DNA of 64,000 bases from Mobula hypostoma (lineage: Eukaryota), in contig NC_086118.1 of assembly GCF_963921235.1 (NCBI RefSeq), forward strand, positions 12,340,001 through 12,404,000, written 5' to 3'. Below the pieces are notes generated by a model. The model did no database searches, was not told the origin of the DNA, and saw nothing but the letters and a program-made list of their open reading frames with translations. Numbering within the stretch: the first letter of the stretch is position 1; each line of letters starts with the position of its first letter. This document shows, piece by piece, positions 60,005 through 64,000 of this stretch. A program made the translations under genes and the position numbers.

Positions 60005-61489
60005 TTGTTGTACAAATTACGTATTATTATCAATTTAAGTTTCATAACTGTCATAGTGGGTTTTGGCCCTGGAGTCTTTAGCTGGAGTCTCTGGATTGCT
60101 TACAAAATCATGTTAATGGAAATGCTCTGCAGCATCGATGAGGAGCAAAGTAGACTTTCACTTCAGGGGCAATTTATGGGAACTGGAAAAGTTTGAAAGA
60201 CTCTTTTTTCTCCGTAAGAAGGTGGTGATGAGCATTGACACTGCTGCATAAAAGCTCAAAAAAGATTAAATAGTAATGTAGTTTGCCAAAGAATAACTGG
60301 TTAACTTATACTTTCTCAGAAGCAAATTGAGATACATTTTTGTCTTTTTCAATCCAATAAATCTGCAGCCTTGAAAATGGAACTCCTCTTATGTAGCCAG
60401 TGATGCAAGTCTTCCTCAGTCAGTGCACAAATGCCCGCTGATTGTGGTTATGGAAGGTTCGTTCTGGCATGGATTGTGCACAGAACTGCTTGCAGCTCTG
60501 CTTAGGCATATTATTGCCCAGTCTCTGGAGACTGACTGTTTTAAAAAGCGGAGTCAACATCATTGATTTTTAAAAATGATTTTTTAAAAAGTGGAACACA
60601 AACATGACAGCCTGCCAAGTATCTTGAAGCAAAAACTTATTGTCCTTTGTTCAATTATTTCAGTTTGAGCCATTAAACATTATTCTGGATATGAGGTGCA
60701 ATCTCCATTTAGTCCCTTTTTCCCACTAAAACTAATCCCAGCTGGGAAATTGTTCTCAGACACATGTCTCACAATGTTGAGATTTAACATTTTACTAATT
60801 TAATTAATTTCTCACTCCACAGATGCTGCCTGACTCTTTGAGCCTTTCCTGCTTTTTCTGTTTTCACTTCTGATTTCCAGCATTTGCTATTGTTATGATG
60901 TTCAGCCTTGGGGCTGCAACTCCAAGAGATCCGGGCACTAGCTAACAGTAAATGCAAGGTGCTCATGGACTGCAAGTTCCAACATATGGAGGAGACCAGA
61001 GCACTTGAAAGCATCTATATGGTCAGAAGAGTGCGCAAACTCTGCACTGCAACAGAGGCCAGGATTGAACAAGGCTCACACTGCTTCATCACTCTGTCAT
61101 TGTTAGTCATGATGTTGACAAAAGTCATAACCCTAAAGAGGTGTGTAGGATTCTGATATAGATAAAGTGAATACACACTATTTTTTCGCAGGGAAAAGGG
61201 AATCAAAACATTTGAAAACATATGTAGATAGAAAAGATTTACCTGGCTATGGGAAAGATGGGCAAATAAGTCCTATTTAGAGAGGCATCTTGATGGGTTG
61301 AGCCAATGGGCCTGTTTCTGTCCTATATTACTCTGTGATTGTGCCTCAAGGACAATGAAACAAATGAGTGGTGATGTCTAACACATGGCTGGAAAGGAAC
61401 AAGCAACTGGTTGATAATAAAACAGCATTGTAGAGTCTTCAACACTGCCAAAGCTCTCTATGGCTGAAGACCCAAGGACCTAATCTTAG

Positions 61490-62040
61490 TTCTGATGCTT
61501 CTGTACCTTCTTTCTGACAGTTGTGGGTCAAAGATATTGTGGGATGGATGTTAGGGATCATCAACGAGGGTTCAGGCCCTTTGTCTGTGAGGCTTCTGGT
61601 AAATGTCATAAATAGTGGGGAGGATGACCACAGTGACTCTCTTGGCAGTTTTTAACTACCCTCTGTTGGCTCTGCTGTCCAATGTATTGCAGTTTTGTAC
61701 CACTCCAGACGGACTCTTGGTGATGCTCCTACAGAAAGTTGTTAGAATGGTGGTGCGTCAAGCTTCTTAGAAAGTATAAACACTGCTGTGCCTTCTTGAT
61801 TAGTGAGAAGTGTTGGGCGCCCAGGTTAGATCATCTATTACATGATCACCAAGGAATTTTGTGCTCTTCACTCTCTCCATGGCAGACCTATTGACGTGCA
61901 ATAGAAAGTGGTCAACCAGTGCCCTCCTGAAGTTCACGATCACCTCTTTTGTTTTGTTCATATTGAAACTCTGGTTGTTGTTCTCACACCATTTGACAAG
62001 CCTCCTCACTGCATGCCAGCTTGAAGCAATCTCTCCATTC
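61490..62040 (-). mobile_element. Old Rex1/Babar RT fragment
   Basis: LVKWCENNN...NKTKEVIVNFRR...VKSTKFLG..DDLTW. Confidence 0.8.
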
Positions 62041-62044
62041 TCTT

Positions 62045-62395
62045 CTGACTCTCTTATTAACAAGTCATCTTCACCCACATAAACTGCCGCTCACTGTTTT
62101 TTCCAGGTATGATTCTCTGTAAACTTTGAAGACTATTGTGTGTGAAACTTCCAAGAGTTCAGCAGTTTCTGAGATACTCAAACCATCCTGTGTGGCACTA
62201 ACAATCGTTCCACAGACAAAGTCACTTAGATCCCATTTTCTTCCCCATTCTGATGCTGGCTCTGGACAACAACTGAACTTCTTGACCATGTTTGCATGCT
62301 TTCATGCATTGAGTTGCTGCCTCATGATCAGGTAACTAGGTATCTGCATTAACAAGCAGGTGTAAAAGGGCACCTAATAAAGTGGCCACTGAACG
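62045..62395 (-). mobile_element. Tc1-like element left end, same family as 11200
   Basis: TIR CCTAATAAAGTGGCCACTGAACG+TA on plus; GRKWDLSDFVCGTIVSATQDGLSISETAELL (transposase HTH). Confidence 0.85.
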
Positions 62396-63309
62396 TATGA
62401 CGTCTACTGTTCAGGAGATATGACATCTTTTATTTTCACATAACTGTAGATGACAAATAATCATTCACTAATATTTTCACTGATCAAGGACTCCGATTAG
62501 GAAAAACCTTACAGTCGCTACTTGATCCTTAGCAATACATTGACAGGATTTAAAGGAATATTTTCTGCTTGGTGAGTGACTTTCATTTACATTAGTTCCA
62601 CTTGAATGAACATTTCTGCACTAGGTGGGTTGGACTCCAGCACTCATATCACATGTATGTTTGTGGTTGTCTGTTCCGCAACATTGAACAGCTGAAGGTT
62701 TTTTATTCATTAAATTCATTCCCTGCAAATTGTTGTTAATAACGCATAGTTTGAATGCTGCTGTCCTTGTTCTGATTCAGCAAGATGTCAAATGTAAAGA
62801 ATGCGTTGATGGAAGGTGACAGGCAGAGCAATGCTGATTCATGTACCTTTAGTAACAGGGAATTATTTACCAACCCCAACAGAGAGATAGCAATTTGATG
62901 CATCAAAAATCGAATTTATTCATTTCATAAATGTAGAATGACCTGCCAACTGTTCTCCAAATTCTCTGCTTTCGTTTCAGTTACTGTCTACAATTACTTT
63001 TGCTTTTGAGTTTGATCCCACTCAACCTTGGTGAATGTCTCACTTTGCCTGACGATAACTGCTTACGATTCTGTACTTGGACGAATAAAGCAGAGGCACA
63101 AGAGCGATTCCATCAATGTTTGTTGCTCTGGGAGACACCGCAACACAAGCAGCTACAGAATTATTTTCAAGAAAATATTCTCACTGTTGACTTAATTATA
63201 TGATTTAAATTCACTATTTATCAACATATATTGATGCTGTTTCCTGTCTTAGAACTATTCACGGTTATACATTTTAAGCACCGAATTGTTAACCAGTTTT
63301 ATATAAATA

Positions 63310-63650
63310 CACAGATAGATACTTTATTGACCCCAAAAGAAATTATAGTGTCACAGTTGCATTACAAGTGCACTGATATACAAAAAATAGAAAAGTAAGA
63401 AAGAACAAAAAATAAGTCACCTCAAACAGTCTAACAGGAAGGATCATCACTTCCCCGCTATAAGTTGACTCATTATAAAGCCTAGTGACTGAGGGTAAGA
63501 ATGACCTCATATAACGCTGTTTGGAGCAGCACAGTTGTCTTAGTCTATTATTAAAGTGCAAAGGTGGCACGCAGAGGTGAGAAACATTGCACAGAATTGC
63601 TCGGATTTTCCACAACGTCCTTTGTTCTGCCGCAGCCTCCAATGTGTCCA
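63310..63650 (-). mobile_element. Rex1/Babar-like 3' fragment
   Basis: AEQRTL.KIRAIL.N.SH...RLRQLCC...RY.RSFLP..TRLYN plus 3' tail. Confidence 0.75.
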
Positions 63651-64000
63651 GAGACTTGTCACACTGGAAACTGAGAGCACCATGTGACCTCAGTGCCTGC
63701 TACTGGTAGGTCGTCTGATAAGTGAATTGTTACACAGAATGACAATTGATGGATATTTGATTTTGAAACAGAGATAGTGTAATAATTATGTATAACTTTA
63801 ATCTTTGTATTGTATGATTTTGAATTGAAAGATAAGGCTTATCAAATTGAAAAGTATAATAGTTCATCTAAGAGATAAGAAAATTTTGGAAACAAGCTAA
63901 TTGAAATATAATAAAAGATAGGCAGAGAATTGAATGTAGGACTAAATCAACAAAAAAAAATAGAGTGTAAGAACTTCTGGAATACTTAGAAAGTATCAAA

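Noticed and set aside
1..64000. CRISPR arrays, rRNA or true tRNA genes, prokaryotic operons
   Set aside because: None seen; tRNA-like boxes occur only as SINE heads and the sequence is vertebrate-like.

Overview
Eukaryotic, repeat-dominated window, most likely from a cartilaginous fish (probably a ray). This is inferred from the repeat repertoire: CR1 LINEs with (TTTCTATG)n-type tails, HE1/V-SINEs, Rex1/Babar LINEs and Penelope remnants. No host protein-coding gene is confidently recognisable, and nearly all long ORFs are transposon proteins or their antisense shadows. Contents: two long CR1 LINEs (5069-8846 minus; 45196-49672 plus, near full length with intact ORF1), many CR1 and Rex1/Babar fragments in nested arrangements, a Sleeping Beauty-type Tc1 element, a second Tc1 family, Gypsy pol remnants, two solo LTRs with TSDs, tRNA-derived SINEs, short bipartite non-autonomous retroelements and Penelope 3' ends with decayed hammerhead motifs. 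Top observations: (1) Both long CR1 copies, from different subfamilies, end ORF1 with the slippery heptamer U_UUA_AAC directly before the stop. In both, an AUG-less ORF2 is open in the -1 frame, suggesting retrovirus-like programmed -1 frameshifting in a LINE. (2) The Sleeping Beauty-like element has lost its left end and carries two inverted right ends. (3) A repeat-free island at about 36.0-37.3 kb has splice-site and MEIS/HOX-motif signatures. All family names come from motif recognition and recall, not database searches, and fragment boundaries are approximate unless a TSD is cited.
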